A stretch of 64,000 nt of DNA from an uncultured Candidatus Saccharibacteria bacterium (GTDB lineage Bacteria > Patescibacteriota > Saccharimonadia > Saccharimonadales > Saccharimonadaceae), in the NCBI GenBank assembly GCA_963519435.1, contig CAUQMT010000003.1:48516-112515 (forward strand). Reading direction: 5' to 3'. The translations under genes and the position numbers were made by a program. The notes below the pieces were generated by a model that made no database searches, was not told the origin of the DNA, and worked only from the letters and a program-made list of their open reading frames with translations. This document shows, one piece after another, positions 19,761 to 29,355 of this stretch (positions are counted from its first letter, which is position 1; the number at the start of each line of letters is the position of its first letter).

Positions 19761-21539
19761 TTAAGCTTGCCCTGGAATCTTGAACTGAGCCGGATCATTT
19801 GATGTTGGTGCCGAAACTGCTGGAGCTGGCGGCGGCGGTAGAGTAGATTCTAAAGTGTCAGCTCCGACCCCGCCATTAGCTGGTACTGGCGGCAAGGATG
19901 AAAAATCTGGCAACGGCGGTAATGGCGGTAGTGGCGGCAAATCGTCAACCGCGCCAGACGATGGCGCAGCTGATGCTGCCAACAGAGCTGCATCAACGGC
20001 AGACCGCGCTTGGTCTTGATCTGAACTAGCAGGATTTGCGGCTGACGCAGCTTCTACGCTAGGTGCTGGCATTGCTGGCATATTCGGCTGTACCGTTACC
20101 CCTTTCGAAGAAACCGCCTCGGGCGCCGCGTCAACTGGCGCAGCTTCTGATAAGACATCGCGAACTGTCGGTTCTACCTCGGTCTTATCAGCTACGGCAT
20201 TAAATGGCGATTGCATTGACGGCGGCTGCGACGCCACCGCGCCGCGATCGTGGCTTAAAATGACGCGATTATGCATGTCTTTTTCAGCTTTTCTAGCTTC
20301 CTCGGCAGCCTGTTCGGTTGTCGCGTTAAAAGTACCACCAATCGACGGTTCGCCCGGGCTAACTGGCATCGCTAGACCTGGCCCTGGCGCAAATGGAGCA
20401 ACTGGCGGCAAAGCTAGATCTTCTTTGGCCGCTTCATCTACTTCTGCTGAGCTGGCAGCAATATCGCGCTGCAAATCGGCGACCGACGGCATATCTCGCC
20501 TATCAGCTTCAGGCTCAACAGCAGGAATTGATGCTAACTGTTCGGCTAATTTCTTTTCGGCGGCAGCGGCGGCATCTCGACTACTTCGCTTCTCTAATTC
20601 TTCATTGGCAGCCCTCAGAGCTTCGTCGGAATGGCGCCTATCAATTACATTCTTGACGTCGTCAACATCACCAACTGGCTCGTGCGAAATCGACAATGCG
20701 CCAATGTCGCCAGAATTTTTAGACTCATCCTTTTTGGAGGATTTCTCTTCGTCCTTGCTTTTTGCTTCAGGCACTGGAATCGGTTTGTCGTACGATTCCT
20801 TTAGTTTAGTGGCAATTAGTTGCTGGTTAGCACCGTCTGCCATCAATTGAGCAGCCACAGTCATCGCCGCTGAGCTGGTATGCGCATTGCTGAAACGATC
20901 GGTTGCTGCCACGATACCAGTCAAAAACGCCGTAGCGATTTGCTCGTCAATCAGCCGGCTCTCGCCTCTTAATTCGTTAGCCAACCGGCACAAAACCTCG
21001 CTATAACAGCTAGCTCGCGGATTACTCCACTCCAGACTACCGAGCTGGGTTGACTCGCCAAGCGATACGCTTGCTACAACCGCATCGTGCAAAATTCGGC
21101 CATGGCTCTCGAGCGCATGATCCAAATCAGCTTCATCTTTGACGCCAATTGCCAACACCATCTCGACATTATAGTCGCCTTGGCTAAAGTCCAAATCTTT
21201 CTGGTTGATTGTCGTACGGTACGGCGTAATAAAAATCTTGACCATATCATCGACAATCTTGTAACGTAAGTGATCGGCCTTTTCCTTATCCAGCGCGATG
21301 ATAAAGTCGCGCAAACTATCAACTGTACTTTCAAACGTTTTCTCGGGCTGTAGAAATTTAATCGCTGGCGGCACTGCCCCGCTAAATACTGCCGTCGCAT
21401 GCTTATTTAACTTATTGATTAGCAGCGTGATGCCCAAAGCAGCGCTCAATTCGTCAACCGACGGATTGGCGCTAACCGTAACGAGAATATTATTACTTTC
21501 TTTGACTTTCTCTACTATCTGGTTTAGCACGTCTGCCAT
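19761..21539 (-). CDS. Degenerate DHH/NrnA-like N-terminal domain plus long disordered tail
   Basis: ILVTVSANPSVDELSAALG...ATAFLTGIVAATDRF...AAQLMADGA resembles the NrnA scaffold but DxD/DHH are absent; lies just upstream of truB. Confidence 0.6.
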   Translation of the reverse strand: MADVLNQIVEKVKESNNILVTVSANPSVDELSAALGITLLINKLNKHATAVFSGAVPPAIKFLQPEKTFESTVDSLRDFIIALDKEKADHLRYKIVDDMVKIFITPYRTTINQKDLDFSQGDYNVEMVLAIGVKDEADLDHALESHGRILHDAVVASVSLGESTQLGSLEWSNPRASCYSEVLCRLANELRGESRLIDEQIATAFLTGIVAATDRFSNAHTSSAAMTVAAQLMADGANQQLIATKLKESYDKPIPVPEAKSKDEEKSSKKDESKNSGDIGALSISHEPVGDVDDVKNVIDRRHSDEALRAANEELEKRSSRDAAAAAEKKLAEQLASIPAVEPEADRRDMPSVADLQRDIAASSAEVDEAAKEDLALPPVAPFAPGPGLAMPVSPGEPSIGGTFNATTEQAAEEARKAEKDMHNRVILSHDRGAVASQPPSMQSPFNAVADKTEVEPTVRDVLSEAAPVDAAPEAVSSKGVTVQPNMPAMPAPSVEAASAANPASSDQDQARSAVDAALLAASAAPSSGAVDDLPPLPPLPPLPDFSSLPPVPANGGVGADTLESTLPPPPAPAVSAPTSNDPAQFKIPGQA

Positions 21540-21710
21540 ATTTTATCCTATTTGTTTTTATTCGCTATAGACTTTATGTACTATAACATAAGCATCACGG
21601 CAAAGTCAATACTATTTTGTAAAGCAGCGCCGCTTTACAAACAGAGGTGTATAAGTTATAATTGAAAACTGATTGTATACACTAAATCAATAACAGAGGT
21701 AAAGGAATTT

Positions 21711-22061
21711 ATGCCACTCATCAAATCAGCCGTTAAGCGAATGAAGCAAACCGCTAAGCGCCGCCAGCGTAACATCGGTATTAAGCGCGATATCAAATCT
21801 GCCACCAAGGAATTTTTGGCCAACCCGAACGCCGCTACCCTAAGCAAAGCTCAAAGCGAGCTAGATACTGCTGTCAAGAAAGGCCTGCTCAAAAAGGCAA
21901 CCGTTAGCCGCCGCAAATCAGCCCTAGCCAAGGTCGCTAAAGCTGCTGGCGTCAAGCTAGAAAAGAAAGCCGCTAAGCCAGCTGCTGAGGCCAAAAAAGC
22001 TCCTGCCAAAAAGCCAGCCGCAAAGGCCGCACCTAAGAAAACTGCAGCCAAAACAGCCTAA
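21711..22061 (+). CDS. rpsT: 30S ribosomal protein S20 with Ala/Lys-rich C-terminal extension
   Basis: MPLIKSAVKRMKQ...LDTAVKKGLLKKATVSRRKS. Confidence 0.95.
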   Translation: MPLIKSAVKRMKQTAKRRQRNIGIKRDIKSATKEFLANPNAATLSKAQSELDTAVKKGLLKKATVSRRKSALAKVAKAAGVKLEKKAAKPAAEAKKAPAKKPAAKAAPKKTAAKTA

Positions 22062-22076
22062 GTTTAACCTTATCGA

Positions 22077-22108
22077 AATAAACGCTCTCGGTAACCAGGG
22101 CGTTTATT
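22077..22108. terminator. Bidirectional terminator between convergent rpsT and holA
   Basis: AATAAACGC...GCGTTTATT. Confidence 0.65.
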
Positions 22109-23048
22109 TTTGCCGCAAAGCCACCCGAAACAAAAAATCCTCCAACGCCATCCACGGATCAACTGATGAGGTTTTCATTTGATAATCACGTTCTGCTGCT
22201 AATTCGGTTAATTCCGCCAAGTCCTTTGGCGACAGCTGCCGAGCAAGCGGCCGCAACTTCTTGGCAACAAACGGATGCATACCGAGATCAATCGTATCGC
22301 TAGCGCCAGCCGCTTCAGCCTTGGCTAATAACACCAGCTGCGACCACTGCGACCAGACCAACGGCGCCACTTTATAAACATCGTCGCTGCGGCGAAGTTC
22401 ATCAAGCGCGCTCCGTAGATTTGTCGTCTCGCCGCGCACTGCCAATTCAATGATATCAAACGCCGAAAACTCACGTGCTGGCGGAAAAACCGTAGCAATC
22501 GCTGCATCGTCAATTTTCACGGCATTTTTCAAGGCAGCTACAGCATGAGTTAATTGTAATTGATCAATTTCAGCAGAACGCGATTTTTCATCGGCGACAA
22601 TTGCTCGCGCTACCATATTACTAGCCTGTGTTTTCGTCAACTTTACTCCGTGCTCGCTTGCATAGTCTAGCAGCCACTTTTCGGCCGCCGGACGCTGGCG
22701 ATCGATCAGCGGCGTTGCTTCAATTAGCTTTGCGGTTTTTTGCAAGGTTTTGAAAGTTTTGGTACGCTTATCCGGGCGCGGCTCAATCAATACCAAGTAG
22801 GTTTCTGCCGCAATATCGCTAGCCCATTCGCCGAGCTTATCCCACAAGTCTTTTCGTTCCGAGAGCCGTTCAATAACAATCAGCCGCCGTTCTTGAAATA
22901 AACTCAAGCCGCGTACCGTATCGGCTAATTTATTCAAATCAAGACTGCCTACGTCAATTTTTTCAGGCCGTACATCCAGTGCTTTCACCAATTGCTGCAG
23001 CTCATACTGCGCGCGGTAAGCGTTCGTGCCAATAATCAGATAAATCAT
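22104..23048 (-). CDS. holA: DNA polymerase III delta subunit
   Basis: MIYLIIG; SLFQERRLIVI; LGMHPFVAKK; D..MKT; adjacent to rpsT. Confidence 0.8.
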   Translation of the reverse strand: MIYLIIGTNAYRAQYELQQLVKALDVRPEKIDVGSLDLNKLADTVRGLSLFQERRLIVIERLSERKDLWDKLGEWASDIAAETYLVLIEPRPDKRTKTFKTLQKTAKLIEATPLIDRQRPAAEKWLLDYASEHGVKLTKTQASNMVARAIVADEKSRSAEIDQLQLTHAVAALKNAVKIDDAAIATVFPPAREFSAFDIIELAVRGETTNLRSALDELRRSDDVYKVAPLVWSQWSQLVLLAKAEAAGASDTIDLGMHPFVAKKLRPLARQLSPKDLAELTELAAERDYQMKTSSVDPWMALEDFLFRVALRQK

Positions 23049-24013
23049 TTAACCTCCACCTGACAGACTGGGCAAATATGCGTACCGCGGCCGCCAACTT
23101 TCAGCTTGATGATCTCCTGGTCGGGGTGACGATGACAGGCTTGGCCTTCGCGGCGAAATACATGAGCAAATGTCAGATAATTCCCTTTCCGGCCCTCGGC
23201 ATCAACATAATTCCTATCAGTCGAACCGCCCTGGTCAATACTCAATTGCAAGATTTGCCGCAGCTCATTAAATAATGTATTCAACTGCTGATCGCTAATG
23301 TTTTTTACCCGCGTTTGCGGATGAATCTGCGCCGCCCACAGTGCCTCGTCAGCGTAAATATTGCCAACCCCAGCGATCACCGCCTGGTCAAGAAACGCTG
23401 GCTTAATCATTGAGTTTTGGCGGCGGCGAATCCGCTGGATGAAATCCTCGGCGCGCGTCTGAGGATCAAGCGGTTCTGGGCCGACTTTTTGCATAAACGG
23501 CAAGTTTTGCACTTCTGCTGTCGGCAGCAACTTCATCCAGCCGAATTTGCGCTGATCATTAAAAAACAGCCGCGACCCATCCGTAAACTCAATTTGCACC
23601 CGCGTTGAGCGATCAGGCAGCTCGCCGATTAAGCTGTCGTTTGGATGCCCGCCAGCAAAGTCGTCGATCTCGCGAGCGGTATCCGCAGAAAAATCTTGGG
23701 CAACTTTACGTGGGCCCCGAGATTTTTTTGGGGATACCCGAGCGCTATGACGAGAGCTTTGGCGAAACACCAACTGCCCCGTCATTTTCAAGTGTACCAC
23801 CAGCGAATAGCGCGTATCCAAATCAATCATCAGTACCTTTGCCCGCCGCCGCACCGCCGTCACCCGCGCACCATATAAAAATTGTTCAACATCAGCCGGC
23901 GCATTCGGAAAGCTTTTTGGCGAATCAAACACCGCCGCCCGCGCTACCACTCGGCCTGGCAGTAGCTCCGCCAACCCGCGGCGAACCGTCTCGACTTCGG
24001 GAAGTTCCGGCAT
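23045..24013 (-). CDS. mutM: Formamidopyrimidine-DNA glycosylase with about 30-aa insertion
   Basis: MPELPEVET; HLKMTG; DQRKFG; AGVGNIYADEAL; C-terminal zinc finger. Confidence 0.96.
   Translation of the reverse strand: MPELPEVETVRRGLAELLPGRVVARAAVFDSPKSFPNAPADVEQFLYGARVTAVRRRAKVLMIDLDTRYSLVVHLKMTGQLVFRQSSRHSARVSPKKSRGPRKVAQDFSADTAREIDDFAGGHPNDSLIGELPDRSTRVQIEFTDGSRLFFNDQRKFGWMKLLPTAEVQNLPFMQKVGPEPLDPQTRAEDFIQRIRRRQNSMIKPAFLDQAVIAGVGNIYADEALWAAQIHPQTRVKNISDQQLNTLFNELRQILQLSIDQGGSTDRNYVDAEGRKGNYLTFAHVFRREGQACHRHPDQEIIKLKVGGRGTHICPVCQVEVK
23661..23753. repeat. Palindromic element inserted in frame in mutM
   Basis: Arms 23678-23700 and 23716-23738 match at 20/23; outer TCGTC/GACGA; coincides with extra peptide after HLKMTGQLVFR. 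Confidence 0.75.
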
Positions 24014-24592
24014 TTATGCCTCCAACAGAGCGTTCAAACGCTTAATAAGCAGCTCATTATCGGTGTACTGCAACGCCATCATTCCCGCTACCTCGGCTCC
24101 TTCGCAATTTTCGACACGATCATCAATCATCACACATTCGCTAGCCGCAACCCCTAAACGGTCAGCTGTCAGCGTGAAAATTTCCGGGTTTGGTTTGGCC
24201 AAGCTTTCCTCGTACGACAATACGCACACATCAAACATTTTTTCTAATTCGCCTGGCGCAAATAGATATTCCAGCGTACCGCCGCCAACATTACTCAACA
24301 TCGCCATCTTCAAATTAGCGTACTGCTGGCGTAAATTCACGATATAGTTTATCAATTCCTCGTTGCGAATCCGCTTGTGCATCAAGAAATCATGCGTCTG
24401 CTGCCGTGTCCAGCCAAACAACTCAGCAATTCCCGATTCATACTCGCTGCCGCTAATAAAACCGTAATCGTGCTGTTTACTGAGGTCGCGCAGCATTACC
24501 TTGCCCTCTGGCTCGGCCATTCTTATTAGCGTATCAATACTGCCTCCGTACAGTACGCCAAAACAATCGAAAATAACTGCTTTTATCGCCAT
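24014..24592 (-). CDS. HAD-superfamily phosphatase
   Basis: IFDCFGVL; LSN; KPNPEIF; MIDD. Confidence 0.9.
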   Translation of the reverse strand: MAIKAVIFDCFGVLYGGSIDTLIRMAEPEGKVMLRDLSKQHDYGFISGSEYESGIAELFGWTRQQTHDFLMHKRIRNEELINYIVNLRQQYANLKMAMLSNVGGGTLEYLFAPGELEKMFDVCVLSYEESLAKPNPEIFTLTADRLGVAASECVMIDDRVENCEGAEVAGMMALQYTDNELLIKRLNALLEA

Positions 24593-24594
24593 AA

Positions 24595-25197
24595 TTAGAA
24601 AATATTATTAAATGACGGTTTGAAATCTGGAATCTGATTGACAAAAAGAGCCTGAAGCTTCAGAGTATCAGCGTTAAGCGTACCAGGCGAATCCTTGCAA
24701 GTTGAAGTCCACAAATTGGTATCGGTATTGTCGCCATCGCGCGTCTCGAATACGTAAGCCAGCCCTTTAGTGGCACATACGCCGCGAATATCATCGTTTG
24801 ATTTGTTATCAGAGGCCTGAATGTTGACCTTGACTAGCGCATAAGTAAACTGTTCATAAGCATTACTGTTATTAGCATATTCCTTCTTGTCCAAAACTCT
24901 ATCCAGATAACCCGAATAAATAACGTATTTACGCGATGTTGGACTAACTGTAATCTGGTAGCTCTTGAACTCCTCATCAGCAACAATCGGACCGCGTACC
25001 GTCCAGCGCACGCTGCGAATTGGGTCTTGATTTTTGATTTTGCTCTCTAACGATTGTTCGGGGGTTTGCGGCTGCTCGGTCTTTTTGTCCGGATTCAGCA
25101 ATGATCGCACAAGTGTCACCAAAATAGCAATAACAACCACCACAGTGATAATAGTAATGATTATCGGTAAAATTCTCGGTCGGGATCCTCTGTACAT
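24595..25197 (-). CDS. Hypothetical membrane-anchored protein
   Basis: N-terminal TM; Cys pair; leaderless start after TGnTAAAAT. Confidence 0.75.
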   Translation of the reverse strand: MYRGSRPRILPIIITIITVVVVIAILVTLVRSLLNPDKKTEQPQTPEQSLESKIKNQDPIRSVRWTVRGPIVADEEFKSYQITVSPTSRKYVIYSGYLDRVLDKKEYANNSNAYEQFTYALVKVNIQASDNKSNDDIRGVCATKGLAYVFETRDGDNTDTNLWTSTCKDSPGTLNADTLKLQALFVNQIPDFKPSFNNIF

Positions 25198-25218
25198 GTT
25201 TGTATTTTAACACATTTA

Positions 25219-25929
25219 TCACGCAGCTACGCGTACCATGGTAGAAACAGCCGTAGCACCTAAACCTTCTTCTGCGGCAGCACCTAAACCCTCTTTTTCA
25301 AGAGGCCCAGTTATTTCTTCAAAGCGTTTATTTGTATCGTCATCGTTATTATCAGCTGTTATTTCTTCAGGTCGTTTATTATCTGTATCGTTCTTTTTAG
25401 CGATTAATTCGTCAAGCGGTAAAAATTCTATACCGCGATTATCTGCTACTACTAACTTTTTACCTTTACCTTTATCTTTATCTTTATCTTCTTTCCAGAA
25501 AATATTAATGCTAGGCCCACCACCAGCAAGATGAAGCGTATCAACACCTTCATAGCCAATTGGCAAGAAACGATATCCTTCGCTCTTAGTTTTTTCAACT
25601 TTATATATTTCTTGATTTTCTACGTTTATTTCTGATCGATTTTTATCGCCCTCGTTAGACACACAGCGAACCACTAACCAATCATCGGATATCGTGCCGT
25701 AATTTCTGTTACTAATACCCCAAACATCACCATCCGGACCGACAAACATACCAACTAAATAACCATAATCGGCTCCCCTAAGAAACTTTTTTACGGCGTC
25801 GCCCTGCTCAATGATACGTCTTAGTTGTTGCTCGTCCTGTCTTAGCCGCTCTATACGCTCTTGCCTAGACAAAAGCCTAGCCCCTTCAAGTTTAGGGTTG
25901 CTATTTTTTGGTAACATTTTCCGTTCCAC
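25219..25929 (-). CDS. Hypothetical AT-rich accessory protein with C-terminal tandem duplications
   Basis: 236-aa ORF (GTG start); repeats NKRPEEIT/NKRFEEIT and EGLGAA/EGLGAT. Confidence 0.6.
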   Translation of the reverse strand: MERKMLPKNSNPKLEGARLLSRQERIERLRQDEQQLRRIIEQGDAVKKFLRGADYGYLVGMFVGPDGDVWGISNRNYGTISDDWLVVRCVSNEGDKNRSEINVENQEIYKVEKTKSEGYRFLPIGYEGVDTLHLAGGGPSINIFWKEDKDKDKGKGKKLVVADNRGIEFLPLDELIAKKNDTDNKRPEEITADNNDDDTNKRFEEITGPLEKEGLGAAAEEGLGATAVSTMVRVAA

Positions 25930-26038
25930 AACATCCGCCTTTTTGCTTAAGCTAACTGTAATTAGATTATACCACAGTTGTAGTTATTTGTCCATATTTG
26001 TACGGGTTTTCGCTAATTTTCAGCAAATTTTAAGTTTT

Positions 26039-28687
26039 TTACACTTCGCCCCAATTATTACCGATTTTGACGTCGACTTTGAGCTTAATACCGAGCTGCG
26101 GGTAGATATTTTCCATGGTCTCTACCAGCATTTTGCTGACTATTTCGGCGTTTTGGAGCGGACACTCAACCATGATACTGTCATGGATTTGCAATATTTG
26201 ATGGCCGAGCGAGATATTTTTATGTACAAGCCCAGACTTGCTGCCTGAAGAGACTTGCCTTTCCGGCAAGGCGAATTCGTTCTTTTCGAATTTGCCGGTC
26301 TCTGAAGGTAGCAAATCTGGGCTTGTCATTGTCGTCAGTCGCTTCTCTACCGCCAGCATCGCCAACTTCATCAAATCCGCCTCGGTACCTTGTATCGGCA
26401 TATTAGCTGCTGCTCGCTCGGCAGCCGAACGAACAGCAAAATTATTCGATCTAACATCGGGCGTCGGCCGGCGGCGGCCAAACAATGTCTGCACAAAACC
26501 ATCTTCGTGCGCTTGACGGATTGTTCGTTCCATAAATTCTTTGATGTGCGGACGGATACGATAATACTCGTCGATAAAATGCTGCGCCTCGCCGTAACTC
26601 ATATTAGCAGCAGCCGCCAAACCATGCTGGCTCATGCCGTATAATACGCCGAAATTCACCACTTTAGCGCGGCGGCGCTGCGTTGGCGTCACTTCATTAA
26701 TCGGCACGTTATAAACTTCAGCTGCTGTCTTGGCGTGAATATCAACGTCGGTATTAAAATCTTCAATCATCTGTTTTTCGCCAGCCATCACCGCCGCCAG
26801 GCGCAGCTCAAATTGCGAATAATCAGCATTTACGAAAACATTGCCAGGTGCTGGCACAAAGGCATCGCGAATCTGCCGCCCCAACTCAGTACGAATCGGA
26901 ATATTCTGCAAATTCGGGTTAGTGCTCGACAGCCGCCCAGTCGCTGTCGCATCTTGGTTAAACGTCGTGTGAATATAGCCGTTAGCGTCCGTTTGCTCTG
27001 GTAAGGCTGCCACATAGGTATTCTGTAATTTCGACAGTTCGCGAAAACGCTCGACCAACTCAATAATTGGATGTTGCCCGCGCAGCTTATCGAGTTCCTT
27101 TTGGTTGGTTGAATAACCCGTCTTACCTTTCTTGATACCAGTTGTCGGCAAGAGCAGCTTATCAAATAGCGCGCTAGCCAACTGCGCCGGGCTGGCGACA
27201 TTAAATTCGTAACCGACCATATCATAAATATTTTGCTGAACCGCTGCAATCTCTTGCGCTAATGATTTATTCATTTTTTCGAGTTTGCTGGCATCAATCT
27301 TGATGCCTCGAAATTCCATTTGCGCTAAAACATTAATCAATGGAAAATCCATCGTCTGCGCCACCTGCTGGAGGTCGGGCAGCTCAGCAAACGCCGACTT
27401 TTGTTGTTCATAAACTACCCACAGCGCTGCCATCGCCAATCTTGGGTCATCCAAAGATTCTAAACCCGCCAAATCCGCTAATGCGCGCGATTTGCGCAAA
27501 GGATTTAACAGAAACGAGCCCTGCGCAGTATCGTGTTTAACAGCCGGCAACTGCTGGCAACCAGCACCGAGAAGTGCTTTGAAAAACTCCTTGGTATCGT
27601 GGCCGACTATCGAAGCTTCTGCTAAAATAGCGCTTGCTTTAGCCAGCGGCAAGCAGGCAACCTTGCCTTTTTCATGGCTCAGCCAAACCATATCACCATC
27701 CCAAATTACCAGTAATTCTGGCGCCATTACCAACATCGGGATGACTTTATCGCCCGATATCTCAACAGCCGGCGCAAGAATATTATTTGTAGCCACTCCT
27801 GAAGCGCCATCGCGCATGTGTTGTGGTAATTTTCGCAACAATGAGCGAAACTCCAGCTTTTCGAGTAACTCTCGCAACTTTGCCGTGTCTAAGTCGCGCA
27901 CGTTCATTGCCTCTAAATCGAGTTTCACTGGCGCATCGGTGAATAGCCGCGCCAATTCCCTACTCATATAAGCAGACTTTTTACCAGCTTCTAGTTTGCG
28001 GCGCAAACTGTCTTTAATCTGCCATAGATTCTCATAAACACCGTCTAGCGTTTCAAATTGTTGTAGTAATTTGACGGCTGTCTTTTCGCCGACCCCCGGT
28101 ACCCCAGGGATATTATCCGACGAATCGCCTTTCAAGCTTTTCAAGTCGAGAAATTGGCCAATCCGAATACCGTAGCGCTTTTCAAATGCTGGAATATCAA
28201 ATTTATCAATGTTAGTCAGGCCTTTTTTGAGCGCGTAGAGATACGTATTTTGGTCGAGAATTTGCAGCGCATCCAAGTCGCTAGTAATCAAATATGTTTC
28301 GATGCCGCCGTGCTGTTCAGCCTGCTTGTCTAGCGTTGCCATGATATCGTCGGCCTCATAATCATCAAATTCATACAGCGGCCAGCTAAAAGCCGCCAGT
28401 AGCTCGTGCAAAATCGGAATCTGCGCATAAAAATCCGGCGGTGCTGGTTTGCGGCCGGCCTTATACTCAGAGTAAATTGCCAGGCGGCGGCGAATATTCG
28501 TTCCTCGTTTATCCCACGCCACGCAAACATAATCAGGTTCAAGCTGCTTAATTAATTCCAAGCTCAGCGCCGCGAAACCATACACGCCGCCTGTCGGTGT
28601 CCCGTCTGCGGTCGACAACCCAGGCATAGCATAATAACCGCGATAGAACACGCTTTTACCGTCGATAATCACCAAGCGTTTGGCCAT
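26039..28687 (-). CDS. polA: DNA polymerase I with about 40-aa insertion before motif C
   Basis: 5'-3' exo EADD and GDSSDNIPGVPGVG; ADYSQFELR; AKVVNFGVLYG; LQIHD. Confidence 0.98.
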   Translation of the reverse strand: MAKRLVIIDGKSVFYRGYYAMPGLSTADGTPTGGVYGFAALSLELIKQLEPDYVCVAWDKRGTNIRRRLAIYSEYKAGRKPAPPDFYAQIPILHELLAAFSWPLYEFDDYEADDIMATLDKQAEQHGGIETYLITSDLDALQILDQNTYLYALKKGLTNIDKFDIPAFEKRYGIRIGQFLDLKSLKGDSSDNIPGVPGVGEKTAVKLLQQFETLDGVYENLWQIKDSLRRKLEAGKKSAYMSRELARLFTDAPVKLDLEAMNVRDLDTAKLRELLEKLEFRSLLRKLPQHMRDGASGVATNNILAPAVEISGDKVIPMLVMAPELLVIWDGDMVWLSHEKGKVACLPLAKASAILAEASIVGHDTKEFFKALLGAGCQQLPAVKHDTAQGSFLLNPLRKSRALADLAGLESLDDPRLAMAALWVVYEQQKSAFAELPDLQQVAQTMDFPLINVLAQMEFRGIKIDASKLEKMNKSLAQEIAAVQQNIYDMVGYEFNVASPAQLASALFDKLLLPTTGIKKGKTGYSTNQKELDKLRGQHPIIELVERFRELSKLQNTYVAALPEQTDANGYIHTTFNQDATATGRLSSTNPNLQNIPIRTELGRQIRDAFVPAPGNVFVNADYSQFELRLAAVMAGEKQMIEDFNTDVDIHAKTAAEVYNVPINEVTPTQRRRAKVVNFGVLYGMSQHGLAAAANMSYGEAQHFIDEYYRIRPHIKEFMERTIRQAHEDGFVQTLFGRRRPTPDVRSNNFAVRSAAERAAANMPIQGTEADLMKLAMLAVEKRLTTMTSPDLLPSETGKFEKNEFALPERQVSSGSKSGLVHKNISLGHQILQIHDSIMVECPLQNAEIVSKMLVETMENIYPQLGIKLKVDVKIGNNWGEV
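26226..26326. repeat. Branched palindromic element inserted in frame in polA
   Basis: Arms 26226-26246 and 26306-26326 match at 19/21; inner AGAGAC/GTCTCT; internal hairpins CTTGCC/GGCAAG and GGCGAATTCG/CGAATTTGCC. Confidence 0.8.
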
Positions 28688-28758
28688 ATTTATATTATAC
28701 GCTATCTAAGAGGCGTTACTTACAAGCGAATATAGCCATAATCATGTATACTAAGGTT

Positions 28759-29340
28759 ATGACATCACAAGAAAAACCAGCCAAGATTTTGGCATTCGTC
28801 GGGCTGCCTGGCGCCGGTAAAACCGAAGCAACCAATTTCGTAGCCGCCAAAGGTTTTCCCAAAATCTACGGCGGCGGCATTTTGTACGACGAAATGCGCG
28901 CTCGAGGCGTTGAAATCACGCCCGAATCGCAAGCCGAATTTCGCAAACAGTGGCGCGAACGCGACGGCAAAGACGTTATCGTCCGCCGCGCCGCCGAGCA
29001 ATTGCACCGCTTAATTGATGCTGGCCAGCATCGTTTATTGTTCGACGGGCTCTATTCCTGGACAGAGTACAAGTTCCTCAAACACGAGTTTCCTGGTGAG
29101 CTCATCGTTGCTGCCATTGTCGCGCCAAAACATTTGCGCCACCGCCGTCTCGCAACTCGTCCCGAGCGGCCATTTACCGCCGAACAAGCCAACCAGCGCG
29201 ACTGGTCAGAGATTGAAGATATCGAAAAAGGCGGACCAATAGCTATCGCTGATTATTATTTAATTAACGACAGCGATATTACTGCACTATATGCCAAGAT
29301 TAATTCGCTGCTCAGTACAACTGGTTTTGTTAACTTATAA
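28759..29340 (+). CDS. P-loop nucleotide kinase (dephospho-CoA kinase-like)
   Basis: VGLPGAGKT; FDGLYSWTE; RDWSEIE; IAIADYYLIN. Confidence 0.8.
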   Translation: MTSQEKPAKILAFVGLPGAGKTEATNFVAAKGFPKIYGGGILYDEMRARGVEITPESQAEFRKQWRERDGKDVIVRRAAEQLHRLIDAGQHRLLFDGLYSWTEYKFLKHEFPGELIVAAIVAPKHLRHRRLATRPERPFTAEQANQRDWSEIEDIEKGGPIAIADYYLINDSDITALYAKINSLLSTTGFVNL

Positions 29341-29355
29341 CACCTAAAACCAAAG

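Noticed and set aside
21960..22061. AK-rich S20 tail as a separate histone-like gene
   Set aside because: In frame with rpsT; a low-complexity extension.
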